From an uncultured Acidimicrobiales bacterium (GTDB taxonomy: Bacteria; Actinomycetota; Acidimicrobiia; Acidimicrobiales; UBA10347): a stretch of 64,000 nt of DNA. A program made the position numbers and the translations under genes. Position 1 is the stretch's first letter. Every line of letters starts with the position of its first letter. The notes below the pieces were generated by a model. That model made no database searches. It was given only the letters and a program-made list of their open reading frames with translations, and was not told the DNA's origin. The DNA lies in contig CALSSD010000012.1 of the NCBI GenBank assembly GCA_943788915.1, forward strand, positions 62,001 through 126,000, given 5' to 3'. This document shows positions 18,788-29,092 of this stretch, one piece after another.

Positions 18788-21700
18788 GCCTGACCTCGCA
18801 GCGCTTCGGTAGCGGCCAGATCTACGGATCGGCCGTTGTCGGTTATGACCACGCCGTAGTCGGTCGCTGCAGCTTCGACGGAGACCACGTGGTCTCGTAC
18901 GTCGCGCAGCACGACCTTGGGGTCACGATCGAACGGGTTACCCCAGCCGCCGCCACCCGGCGTCTCCGCGGTGATGCGGGCAGGCCCGAGCTTTTGTACG
19001 CCGTATTTCGGAGGCACGAATTCTTCTTGACCGACCGGATGGATCCACTCAAGACCCACGCCGCCATCACCACCGTCTTGTACGCCGTGGCCGCTGACTG
19101 AACCCAGTCCTTCGGCTCGGTAGGACCAGGTCGCTGGTTGGAGGACATCGGCGACGTAACGAACGCCGGTTCCGCCTCGACGTAAGCCTGGCCCGGCATT
19201 GTCGATGCGCTGCTCGTGTTCGATGTAACGCACGTCGAACGACTGCTCGTGGAATTCCAGGTTCGGAATGTCGAGACCGCCCAGGCTGATCAGATGGCCC
19301 ATCTGAGCGAATCCGTCTCGCTCAGCGGTCGCTCCTGGTGTACCCATGGCATGCCAGTGATACATGACCCAGGTGGTGCCGTCATCCCGTCGGCCGGCAA
19401 CATGGCCATGCATGGTCTTTGACCATGCAGCGCAGGCCCGACCCGGCTCGGCTTGGGCCAGTGCTTGCCACACCGCAATCACGATCTCGTGGGCGACATA
19501 GACGGTGTTCATGGTCATCGGTGCCGGTGGCAGTGCGTTGATGATGGAACCTTCAGGGGCGATGATCGTGATACCTCGGTAGGTGCCTTCGTTCCGAGGA
19601 ATCGAAGTGTCGAAGAAGCTGGAGATGCCCAGATAGACCGACGAATAGGTGTTGGCAAGGGAGCTGTTCTTGAATCCATCGATCTGGGGATCAGTACCGG
19701 TGAAGTCCACCACCATCTCGTCGCCGCTCACCGTGAGCGTGACTCGTACCGCTATGTCGGTTTCGACGAAGCAGTCGTTGTCGGAGTGGTCCTCGCCAAA
19801 GTAGGTACCGTCGGGCAGTGCGGCAACGGCGAGCCGCATACGTTGATCGGCATGGTCGAGCACACCTTCGAGGTACTGGTGGAAGCTCTCGGAACCAAGC
19901 TCGTGGACAAGTGCAGCCACCCGCTCGCCGCCAATACGAGTGGACCCGATCATTGCCAAAAGGTCGCCATCGAGAAGCTCGGGCGTGCGGCAGTTGATCA
20001 GCAGTAGTTCCCACAGATCGTCGCGGACCTTGCCGCCTTCGATCAGTTTGAGTACCGGCAGTCGAATGCCTTCCTGCCAGATCTCGGTGGCGGCTGGGTT
20101 GTAGGTACCTGCGAGTCCACCCCCGATGTCGTTCTGATGTGCTCGGTTGCAGCAGAAACCAGCGAGGGCATCGTCCACAAATATTGGACGTGCGATCACC
20201 CAGTCGGGAAGATGGTTGCCACCAGCGACATACGGGTCGGATAACAGGAACACGTCGTCGGGTTCGATCCTGCCCGCGAACCGGTTGAGGACCGCCCGGA
20301 CCGCGAATCCGCCACCACCGGTGTGGATCGGGATGCCATCGGCGTTGGCCACGAGCGTGCCATCGGGCGTGGCGATGAAGCAGCTGAAGTCATGACTCTG
20401 GCTGAAGATCGTGCTGCGCGCCGTTCGGGTCATGACCCAGCCCATATGGCGGGTGATCTGATCCAGCCGGTTCTGCATGAGCGCAAGAATGACTGGGTCG
20501 AGTTCTTGCTGTTCCTGCCGGCGCACCGCCGAGCCATCGTCGGCCAACTCGATCATGAAGTTGCCCGCCGCGTCGGACGTGAGGACATCGCCAGGGCCGC
20601 AGAACAACCGTGGTGGTCATCTCTTCGATGAGCGCGGGGCCGGCGAGTTCGGCGCCTGACCCAATGTCGGTGCCGTCGTAGACGTTTGCGTCGACCCAGC
20701 CGTGGCCGGGAAACCAGACCGACCGTTGTTCCAGCGGCGACGGTGCTCCAGAAGCTGGCCTGGTGGCCGACTCGGAGGATGCACCGGTCGAGGCCGAGGC
20801 GATCATGCGCAGTGACGCGATCAGAATCGTGCCGTCGTTCTGCACATGACCGTAGAGCCGCTGGTACTCCGTCTCGAACTCCCGTCGGGCCTGGGCGATA
20901 TCGACGGAACCCTCAGGGATCCGAACTCGGATGCTCCAGATCTGGCCAGGATGATGCAATTCGAGTTCATAACGAAGCGCCACAGCGTCGGCGGCGAAAC
21001 CTTCGGCCGCCATCGTGGCCAGTGCCTGCTGACGGAGTTCGTCGAACCCGGCATCGATATCTGCCGTTGGAAGTCCGTCGAGCGGACCAGCGAGCACTCG
21101 GGTGAAGTCTTGGCGGATGTCGGTGTGCAACATGCCTATGGCGCACAGCGCTCCCGCATCACGAGGTACATAGACCTGGTGGCAGCCCAGACCCGCCCCG
21201 ACAGCCGCGCCATGCATAGGTCCAGCCCCGCCAGCAGCCACAAGAGTGAAGCGGCGAGGTGAGTGGCCTCGTTCGATGGAGATATGTTCGACCGCGCTCA
21301 AGAGATGTTGTTCGGTGAGTTCGATGATTCCGGCGGCGGCATCGTGCACACTCATGCCGAGTGGTTCGGCAACATGTTCCTGAATGGCTGCGGTAGCGGC
21401 GTCGAGGTCCAGGTCAAGGGTGCCACCCGCAGACTTGCCAGGTCGTAGTCGTCCGAGAACGAGGTGGGCATCGGTAACGGTTGGCAGCGTGCCGCCGCGG
21501 CCATAACAGGCCGGGCCAGGATCAGCGCCAGCACCTTCGGGTCCGACGAACAACATGCCAGCATCGTCAACCCCGGCGATGGTGCCGCCCCCAGCTCCAA
21601 TGGTGTGAATGTCGATGGCGGGCGTGGACACGTGATAGCCAGCCACATCGAGATCGTCGCGGGTGGCGACCTCGCCCCCGGCCATGAGCAGGACGTCGCA

Positions 21701-22696
21701 TGACGTACCGCCAATCTCCATCGAGATCAGATTGCCTTCGTCGCCGGGTTCAACGCCTGCTTGGTCGACCCACTGGCTGTACTGCGATAACGCCCCGACT
21801 GCGGCTGCTGGACCGCTGAGCAACAGGTTCACTGGTCGTGACGCGAGCTGTTCGACGGAGGCGGCGCCGCCATTTGACTGCACCATGAGGAGCGGTCGCT
21901 GCAGTCCTCGCTCCGCAAGCTCCGCTTGTAACGCGTGCAGGTAACCAACGATGCCTGGCATCAGGGTTGCGTTCACCACCGCGGTAGAAGTGCGTTCGTA
22001 TTCACCCATGAGTGGAGATACCTGGGCGGACTCGGAGATCCATTCGCCGTCCCAGGTGGCCTCGATTGCTTCGGCCACGGCATGTTCATGGGCACCGTTC
22101 GCATAGCTGTTCATGAACGCTACGGCGATGGCCTCGACGCCCTCGGTGCGGAATGTCTCGAGGATGGCTGGCAATTGGTCCAGATCGAGTGGCGCGTGCT
22201 CGGAGCCGTCGGCGTCGATACGGCCTGCCATAGGCAGGCGGAGGTAGCGGGGCACAAGAACTGGTGCATATGGTTCGCGATGGTTCCACTGATCGCTCCG
22301 CAGGCCGCGACGGATTTCGATGACATCGCGAAATCCCTCGGTTGTAATGAGGCCAACGGTTGCACCCTTGCCTTCGAGCATGGTGTTGGTCGCAACCGTT
22401 GAGCCATGAACGAAGAGCGAGCAACCTGCCAAGACATCGACGGTCGGCATGCCCAGGTCAACGGCGACCCGTTCCACCGCTGCCATCACGCCTCGACTCG
22501 GGTCCGCAGGTACCGATGGCACCTTCGCGACATGGGTCGTGCCAGCGACATCAACCAACACCAGATCGGTGAACGTGCCACCAACATCGACACCGATTCG
22601 CCATGGTGTTTGGAGAGGGGGTGTTTGGAGAGGGGTGTTTGGAGAGGGTGTTTGGATGCTCGATGTTTGGATGGCCGATGTTTGGTCAGATGCCAT
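18784..22696 (-). CDS. fused hydantoinase A + B / 5-oxoprolinase-like ATP-dependent lactamase; +1 frameshift near 20597
   Basis: A part: GVDVGGTFTD, HGSTVATN, SGPAA, IGAGGG, GADPGPACY. B part: DPVIL...NRL, DFSC, GGNHLPD, EGIRLP, TPGGGGWG. The A-type tail (PGDVLTSDAAGNFMIEL) runs in frame into B without a stop. Confidence 0.88.
22605..22690. repeat. 13-15-bp tandem repeat x6 encoding an N-terminal (I/L)QT(P/S)x repeat
   Basis: G(G/A)TGTTTGG core repeated; protein reads QTSAIQTSSIQTPSPNTPLQTPPLQTPW. Confidence 0.85.
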
Positions 22697-22726
22697 GTCG
22701 CATTTCCTTTCTGCAAGACTGCAGTG

Positions 22727-24031
22727 ATGGCCAACGAACTAAACCGTTCAGCCGAACTCTTCGCTCGAGCGCAGCACTCGATCCCGGGCGGCGCTTCTCG
22801 TTCGACCGTACTTGTCGAGCCGCACCCGGTGTATGTCGCCGAAGGAGAAGGCGCATGGATCACCGATGTCGACGGCAATCGTTACCTCGATGCGAATAAC
22901 AACTTCACGTCCATCATCATGGGACATGCCGACCCTGTGATCGACCAGGCCGTGCGTGCCCAACTCGGCCGGGGGACGGCCTACTCGTTGGCTACGGCCG
23001 TCGAGATCGACCTCGCTGAGTTGTTGTGTGATCGACTTGTGTCGGTCGACCAGATCCGGTTCTGCAACTCGGGAACCGAAGCGGTTATGGGTGCGATCAA
23101 GGCGGCACGTGCATTCACCGGTCGTCCCCTGATCGTGAAAGTCGAAGGCAGCTACCACGGCACCTATGACCATGCCGAGGCCAGTCTGGACCCTGATCCT
23201 GGCGAGTGGGGATCGGCCTCTGCCCCAGCGACCGTGGCCTACGCAGCGGGCACACCGGCTTCGCTGGCTGACGAAGTTGCGGTTATCCCGTTCAACGATG
23301 CAGAAGCAGCTCGACGAGTCATCTTGGCAGCGGGGGAGCGATGCGCTGGTGTGTTGTTTGACCCGATGCCGAGTCGAGTGGGCATGCCCGCCATCGAACC
23401 GGGCTTTATCGAGGCCATGCAGGAAGCAGCCCGGGCCGTTGGGGCACTCGTGATTCTGGACGAGGTGATCTCCTTCCGACTGGGTCATGGCGGTGGCCAA
23501 CAGGTGTTCGGCATCGAACCTGACATCACCGCGTTAGCCAAAATCATCGGCGGCGGTTTTCCGGTTGGAGCTGTCGCAGGCCGAGCCGATGTGATGGCCG
23601 TGTTCCGATCCCACGGCGGAACCCGAGCATTGGTCCCATCGGGGGGCACCTTCACCGCGAATCCGGTCACGATGGCGGCTGGCCTGGCATGTATGGAGCA
23701 ACTCGACAGCTCGGCGTTCGATTACCTGGACGTAATCGGCGAACGGTGTCGCAGCGGCCTCCGTGATGGATTTGCCGACGCAGGAATGGAATGGCAGGTA
23801 ACCGGTGCAGGTTCGTTGTTTCGTATCCACCCCAATCAGCGGGAGATTCGGTCCTATCGAGACACCCGACACAGCAGCGACGAGGCTGCCACGATGGCTG
23901 ATCTGCAACGTGAACTGCTCGGACGTCAGGTGTATCTGAGTAGTTATGGCATGGGATGTTGGAGCATGGCTACGACCACCGACGACATCGACCATTTCGT
24001 ATCATCAGTGATTGAGGCGGCAACCCGTTAG
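22727..24031 (+). CDS. class III PLP aminotransferase (GSA-aminomutase-like paralog)
   Basis: DVDGNRYLD, NSGTEA, GSYHG, LILDEVI.FR, AKIIGGGFPVGA and GGTFTANP motifs. Confidence 0.92.
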   Translation: MANELNRSAELFARAQHSIPGGASRSTVLVEPHPVYVAEGEGAWITDVDGNRYLDANNNFTSIIMGHADPVIDQAVRAQLGRGTAYSLATAVEIDLAELLCDRLVSVDQIRFCNSGTEAVMGAIKAARAFTGRPLIVKVEGSYHGTYDHAEASLDPDPGEWGSASAPATVAYAAGTPASLADEVAVIPFNDAEAARRVILAAGERCAGVLFDPMPSRVGMPAIEPGFIEAMQEAARAVGALVILDEVISFRLGHGGGQQVFGIEPDITALAKIIGGGFPVGAVAGRADVMAVFRSHGGTRALVPSGGTFTANPVTMAAGLACMEQLDSSAFDYLDVIGERCRSGLRDGFADAGMEWQVTGAGSLFRIHPNQREIRSYRDTRHSSDEAATMADLQRELLGRQVYLSSYGMGCWSMATTTDDIDHFVSSVIEAATR

Positions 24032-24097
24032 ACGCAGGTGCCATGGACAGCGGCAGGCGTAGAAGTCCTCACCAGGCTCGCGGCTAACGTCGAAGAC

Positions 24098-24529
24098 ATG
24101 TCCCAACCTGCGCTCGTTCACTTCGCCACCATGACCATCAAGCTTGGCGAGTCGTTCGTCATCAAGGGCGGTCCAGTCGGAACTCGAATCGTCGCCGAGG
24201 TCGCCACCATCGAGGTGACCGGCGAAAGCCTCACTGCGTCGATGGTCGGTAAATCGGCCGCCGACTGGCTCACGGTGGGGCCCGACGGCAGCTACGGCAC
24301 GTTGGACGTTCGAGCCACGCTGAAGACCGACGACGATGAACTGATCTATGTCGAGTACTCGGGCCGTATCGATCTCACGAACGGCAGTGTTGTGTCGGCG
24401 CCGTTGTTCCAGACCGGAGCCGAGAAGTACGACTGGCTGAATCGAATGCAGGCGATCGGTATCGGCCAGAACAGCCCGGAGCAGCTGGTGTACGAGATGT
24501 ATTCGGTCGCCTCAGGCGCCGACGCGTAA
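24098..24529 (+). CDS. DUF3237 family protein
   Basis: GP.GTR, ADWL, LDVR.TL.TDD and F.TGAEKY.WLN motifs. Confidence 0.88.
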   Translation: MSQPALVHFATMTIKLGESFVIKGGPVGTRIVAEVATIEVTGESLTASMVGKSAADWLTVGPDGSYGTLDVRATLKTDDDELIYVEYSGRIDLTNGSVVSAPLFQTGAEKYDWLNRMQAIGIGQNSPEQLVYEMYSVASGADA

Positions 24530-24537
24530 CCACGACC

Positions 24538-25650
24538 ATGGCAACGCTCAATCAGAATAACGTCGATCAACTTTTACAGCGGGTTCACCGCGAGGTCGAC
24601 GAAGGGCTCCTGCCTTCGTGCCAGGTTGCGTTGGGTTTCGAAGGCGAGATCGTGGCCGAGGCGGTAGTCGGTGATGCGACGCTGGCCAGCCGTTACGTGA
24701 TTTTTTCGGCGACCAAGCCGTTCGTTACGTCCACGGTGTGGACCCTGATCGTCGACGGTCTGATCGATATTACCGAGCCGGTGATTACGTATTTCCCCGA
24801 GTTTGGTGCCGAGGGGAAACAATCGATCACGGTCGAGCAGGTGATGCTGCACACCTCGGGTTTCCCTCACGCTCCCATGGGTCCAGCGACCTGGACCGAT
24901 CGCGATGCTCGCAAGACGAAGATGGCTTCGTGGCGCCTCAACTGGGAGCCCGGCACCCGGTTTGAGTACCACCCCAGCTCGGCGCACTGGGTCTTGGCCG
25001 AGATCATCGAAGCGGTCACCGGCAATGACTTTCGAGACGAGGTCGAACGCCGGGTAACCCAACCTGCTGGCCTGCCCCGGATCGTCGGTATCCCGCAGTC
25101 CGATCAGGAAGGCATCGAAGACCTGGTGCTGGTCGGCGACCCAGCTACACCCGACGAGCTCGAAGCGACCTTCGGCGTGCGCGAACTGCCCGCGAGCGAA
25201 GTCAACGACGACGCGATCCTGCGTTTCAACGACGCGGACGTGCGCGAAGTGGGCATGCCGGGTGGCGGTGGCGTCAGCCGAGCTCGCGATCTGGCCATGT
25301 TCTATCAGGAGTTACTCCACAACACTGCTGGTATCTGGCCGAGCGTCGACCTGGCCGACTGGACTGGTCGGGTGCGCAACTCCCTACCCGATCCGATGGG
25401 TGTGCCCGCCAACCGTTCACTGGGTCTGATCTTGGCTGGCGACGACGGTAAATCGAACATCCGAGGTTTGGGCCGCACCGTCTCCCCAGCCGCATTTGGC
25501 CACAACGGCGCTGGTGGCCAGTTGGCATGGGCGGATCCAGCCACCGGGCTCTCACTGGGATATGTGACCAATGGCTATGACCGACATGAGATTCGACAGC
25601 CGCGACGAGGTTCGTCGATAGGTACCTTGGCTGCACAGTGTGCGAGCTAG
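24538..25650 (+). CDS. serine hydrolase (beta-lactamase/esterase family VIII-like)
   Basis: FSATK, LHTSG, EPGTRFEYH and FGHNGAGG motifs. Confidence 0.9.
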   Translation: MATLNQNNVDQLLQRVHREVDEGLLPSCQVALGFEGEIVAEAVVGDATLASRYVIFSATKPFVTSTVWTLIVDGLIDITEPVITYFPEFGAEGKQSITVEQVMLHTSGFPHAPMGPATWTDRDARKTKMASWRLNWEPGTRFEYHPSSAHWVLAEIIEAVTGNDFRDEVERRVTQPAGLPRIVGIPQSDQEGIEDLVLVGDPATPDELEATFGVRELPASEVNDDAILRFNDADVREVGMPGGGGVSRARDLAMFYQELLHNTAGIWPSVDLADWTGRVRNSLPDPMGVPANRSLGLILAGDDGKSNIRGLGRTVSPAAFGHNGAGGQLAWADPATGLSLGYVTNGYDRHEIRQPRRGSSIGTLAAQCAS

Positions 25651-25683
25651 TCACACTCCTAACAGGAATGTTCGACGAACTAC

Positions 25684-26967
25684 ATGAGCTCTGATTCATC
25701 CCGAAGACCCGACTTGAGCGCTGCGTTGTCGTCGCTACAGGTGCCCGAGTACCGCATGTTGTGGTGGGCGGGCGTGTTCTCGTTTATGTCGGTGCAGGGT
25801 CAGTTCGTGCTGCGTGGGTTGCTGGCGTGGGATCTGACCGAGAGCGAAGGTGCTCTTGGGTTGGTGTACCTGGTGTTTGGCCTGACCATGCTGGTCACCA
25901 CACCGTTCGGTGGTGTGGTCGCTGACCGGTTTGCAAAACGCAGCGTGCTTCTGTGGAGCCAAGGTCTGATTTTTGCCGCAGCGGCCATGATGTCGTTGGT
26001 CGTACTGACCGATGTCGTGACCTTCTGGATGCTGCTTATGGCGTCTATGGCTCAGGGCCTCGCGTTCGCTTTCTACGGCCCAGCCCGGGTTGCGATGGCC
26101 GCTGAACTGGTCGGCCGAGAACAACTTGGTAATGCCATCACGCTGTCGTTGCTGAGCATGAACGGAACCCGGGTGTTCGCCCCCGCATTAGCTGGTTTCC
26201 TGGCCGGTATTGCCTTTGTCGGCATTGGCGGCGCGTACGTCTTGTCGGCCGTCATGTCGTTCGTATCACTGGTGCAGATCTGGCGACTGCCACATCGACC
26301 GGCTGCCGATGCCACACCTCGCAATCCGTTCACCGAGATTCGTGCTGGCGTCGGTTACGTGAACTCAGATCGACGGTTACGCCGGATCGTGGTGTCGTCG
26401 TTCTTCGTCATCATGTTTGGTTTCAACTATGTGGCGTTCATCCCAGCACTGGTCGAAGGCATCTTCGACTTGGGTGATACGTATGTGGGCCTCGTCAGTT
26501 CGGCAAGTGCGATCGGAGCGGTCGCAGTGTCCCTACCGCTGGCTGCGAAGGCAGATGGCCCCGGTGGTCAGCGGATCATGGTGATTTCAGGTATTGGTTT
26601 TGGCGCTGGCGTTATCTTGCTCGGTCTGGCACCCACGATTTGGCTTTCATTCCTGGTTGTCATCGGTATCGGTGGCTGCACCACAGCGTTCCAGTCGTTG
26701 TCGAACACGCTGGCGTTGTCTACGTCGGCCGATGACATGCAGGGTCGAGTGCAGTCGCTCATGCAATTGTCGTTTGCTGGGTTCGGTATCGCCGCGGCAC
26801 CTATCGGCGCACTTGCCGAGGCGATCGGGCTGCGACCCACACTGGTCATCATGGGCGTAATCACCGCTGGGACCACCGTAATCTTTCATCTGTTGGAACG
26901 GCGCGACGCAAGTACGGCCGACGAGATGCGGGCCGCTGGATCCTCAGCAGTAGCCTTACCGAAATGA
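25684..26967 (+). CDS. MFS transporter
   Basis: GGVVADRF.KR motif A; about 12 TM segments; QGRVQS. Confidence 0.9.
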   Translation: MSSDSSRRPDLSAALSSLQVPEYRMLWWAGVFSFMSVQGQFVLRGLLAWDLTESEGALGLVYLVFGLTMLVTTPFGGVVADRFAKRSVLLWSQGLIFAAAAMMSLVVLTDVVTFWMLLMASMAQGLAFAFYGPARVAMAAELVGREQLGNAITLSLLSMNGTRVFAPALAGFLAGIAFVGIGGAYVLSAVMSFVSLVQIWRLPHRPAADATPRNPFTEIRAGVGYVNSDRRLRRIVVSSFFVIMFGFNYVAFIPALVEGIFDLGDTYVGLVSSASAIGAVAVSLPLAAKADGPGGQRIMVISGIGFGAGVILLGLAPTIWLSFLVVIGIGGCTTAFQSLSNTLALSTSADDMQGRVQSLMQLSFAGFGIAAAPIGALAEAIGLRPTLVIMGVITAGTTVIFHLLERRDASTADEMRAAGSSAVALPK

Positions 26968-27950
26968 TCCCACTTTCGGTCCTTGATCTGGCGATGGTGC
27001 CAGACGGTGCTACGAGCACCGAGGCGTTTGCACAAACAACCGCTGTTGCCCAGGCTGCGGAAGCTCTGGGTTACACCCGTATATGGGTGGCCGAGCACCA
27101 CAACATGGCCACGGTCGCGAGCACCACACCAGCGGTGCTGATGGCGCACCTAGCGGCTAACACCAACACGATCAAGGTTGGTTCTGGTGGCGTCATGTTG
27201 CCCAACCATGCCCCTTTGGCGATTGCCGAACAGTTCGCCATGCTCGAAGCCCTCTATCCAGGACGGGTCGACATGGGGGTCGGTCGAGCCCCGGGCACCG
27301 ACGGCGGAACAGCGATGGCGTTACGCGGGGCTCGCAACGACCCCAATGCCGAGGACTTTCCCCGCAACCTCGTCGACGTCATGGGCCTACTAGGCGACGT
27401 CCGCAACGAACAAGGTTTGTGGACCCGCTTCAAAGCAACACCGGTCGCCAGCAGCAGCCCGTCGGTCATCCCGCTAGGTTCAAGCGGCTTCAGCGCACAA
27501 TTGGCTGGTTTGTTGGGGCTCCCGTTTGGTTTCGCCCACCATTTCGACATGGGTGGCACGGTCGAGGCAGTTGAGATCTATCGTGATTCGTTCCGGCCGT
27601 CTCCGATTCTTGATGAGCCATACGCAATCGTCACCGCATCCACGATTGCAGCAGAAACCACCGAGCACGCGAACTGGCTAGCAGGTCCGGCACTGTTGCG
27701 TCGTTACGGGCTTCGTACCGGCCGCATAGGCCCCATGCTCTCACCAGAGGCTGCCATCGAACACCCAGACTTTGCAGCGGCCTCGGCTATGACCGTGTCC
27801 TCACTCGTCGGTGATACGGCAGTGGTAGTCGACGGAATGCACGCCCTCGTCGAGCGCACAGGCGCCGATGAACTCATGCTGTACACGTCGACCTACGCAC
27901 TCGAAGACCGACTCACTAGCCTCGAGCTCATCGCCAACGCCTGGACCTGA
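26964..27950 (+). CDS. LLM-class flavin-dependent oxidoreductase (luciferase-like)
   Basis: LSVLDL, WVAEHHN, GSGGVMLPNHAPL and GRAPGTD motifs. Confidence 0.93.
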   Translation: MIPLSVLDLAMVPDGATSTEAFAQTTAVAQAAEALGYTRIWVAEHHNMATVASTTPAVLMAHLAANTNTIKVGSGGVMLPNHAPLAIAEQFAMLEALYPGRVDMGVGRAPGTDGGTAMALRGARNDPNAEDFPRNLVDVMGLLGDVRNEQGLWTRFKATPVASSSPSVIPLGSSGFSAQLAGLLGLPFGFAHHFDMGGTVEAVEIYRDSFRPSPILDEPYAIVTASTIAAETTEHANWLAGPALLRRYGLRTGRIGPMLSPEAAIEHPDFAAASAMTVSSLVGDTAVVVDGMHALVERTGADELMLYTSTYALEDRLTSLELIANAWT

Positions 27951-27951
27951 T

Positions 27952-28031
27952 ACCCCGCATGCACAGACCGACGTCTGGGGTCAGACCCCGCATGCACAGA
28001 CCGACGTCTGGGGTCAGACCCCGCATGCACA
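27952..28031. repeat. 33-bp tandem repeat containing the GGGGTCAGACCCC palindrome (REP-like)
   Basis: ACCCCGCATGCACAGACCGACGTCTGGGGTCAG x2.4 between convergent genes. Confidence 0.88.
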
Positions 28032-28074
28032 TGGCGCATCTGAATGGCCAGACTCGGGAAGGTGAGTGGTGTGC

Positions 28075-28833
28075 TCAGGCGAAGATCCGGCCGTATCGAG
28101 TGACCTCGGTAGTGGGGCGGCCAACCGTGCGCAACGTGTGCCACAGAAGGGCAGTGTTGGCGGTGACGATCGGCACGCCAGTGTCTTGCTCGACAGCGTG
28201 CACCGGGCCGACGGCACGGAAGCCGTTGCCGCCGATAAGAACGAGATCGATGCCTTCAACCGCGTTGCACAGCCAATGGTGGAGCGCTCCGGGGTGAATG
28301 TTGCCCTGGCCAGACGGCAGGCCAGCCGCCGTCGCCCGGACCACGCTGACACCGTTTCGTTCAAGCCATGCCGTGCCCATGTCAGTCAGAGTCTGAGGGA
28401 ACCATGGTGGGTCGACCAACATCACGTTCTTCGCATCGAAGTGGTCGACGGCAGCGAGCAACGCTTGGCCGGTTGTGACCACAGGTTTGCCGTGTGCTGC
28501 TGCGCTGAGCCGTTCGACGAGTTCGTTGTCGTCGCCCACATAACTCGTAGAGGTAAAGGCCAACGAATACACATCGATCGATGGTGGGTTCAGCAGCTTG
28601 ATCGCGTCATCAAGTGGGCCGGGTGCAGCCACGAACTCGACGGGCCCCATCCCGATTTGATCGGCGGCCGCCTGCACCGCAGTGACTGGGAAGCGGAAAC
28701 GGCTCGCGTTGATGGAGACACCTGGGGGAGTGATGGCTGACCACTCGCTCTCAGGACCAACATCGCCATCGGGGACCAGGAGCCCAACTCGAAGTCGTGC
28801 ATCCCAACCATCAGGTTCGAAGATCTGCGTCAT
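28075..28833 (-). CDS. maleate isomerase / arylmalonate decarboxylase (Asp/Glu racemase) family protein
   Basis: RVGLLVP, ESE, AFTSTSY, IGGNGFR and GVPIVTAN.ALLW.TLR motifs. Confidence 0.82.
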   Translation of the reverse strand: MTQIFEPDGWDARLRVGLLVPDGDVGPESEWSAITPPGVSINASRFRFPVTAVQAAADQIGMGPVEFVAAPGPLDDAIKLLNPPSIDVYSLAFTSTSYVGDDNELVERLSAAAHGKPVVTTGQALLAAVDHFDAKNVMLVDPPWFPQTLTDMGTAWLERNGVSVVRATAAGLPSGQGNIHPGALHHWLCNAVEGIDLVLIGGNGFRAVGPVHAVEQDTGVPIVTANTALLWHTLRTVGRPTTEVTRYGRIFA

Positions 28834-28897
28834 GGCCAGACGGTAGCCGTGATGACCACTTCGATCCGGATTTGGTGGCCCTACTCGAACTGGAGCA

Positions 28898-29041
28898 CTA
28901 ACGAACTGGTTCCCACTCTTTGTGATGGGCACACCAGCGTTCGGAGTGGAAATGATCGCCGTGTTTACGCTCGCGCATCTCGCCGTCTTTTGGCTTTGGC
29001 TTCTTTGGCGTGACTCGGCTTTTGCCGGTTGGGCGACTCAT
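28898..29041 (-). CDS. 47-aa basic, His/Cys-rich small protein (not in the ORF track)
   Basis: MSRPTGKSRVTPKKPKPKDGEMRERKHGDHFHSERWCAHHKEWEPVR*; fits in the intergenic gap; TATTGT 7 nt before the ATG. Confidence 0.6.
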   Translation of the reverse strand: MSRPTGKSRVTPKKPKPKDGEMRERKHGDHFHSERWCAHHKEWEPVR

Positions 29042-29092
29042 GTTGTGAACAATAGTCCGGCACCGGTCAGAACCACAGCACGGACTGCATGG

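Noticed and set aside
20590..20607. Programmed frameshift joining hydantoinase A and B
   Set aside because: No slippery sequence, and it is one of many similar indels in the window.
22727..24031. Calling this gene hemL
   Set aside because: It has a GSA-like fold but sits in a catabolic context with no hem genes; more likely a paralog.
24538..25650. Antibiotic-resistance beta-lactamase
   Set aside because: No signal peptide, and the YHP and HNG motifs fit cytoplasmic esterase-type members.
27952..28031. Possible mini-CRISPR (33-bp period)
   Set aside because: The units are identical end to end with no unique spacers, and there are no cas genes in the window.
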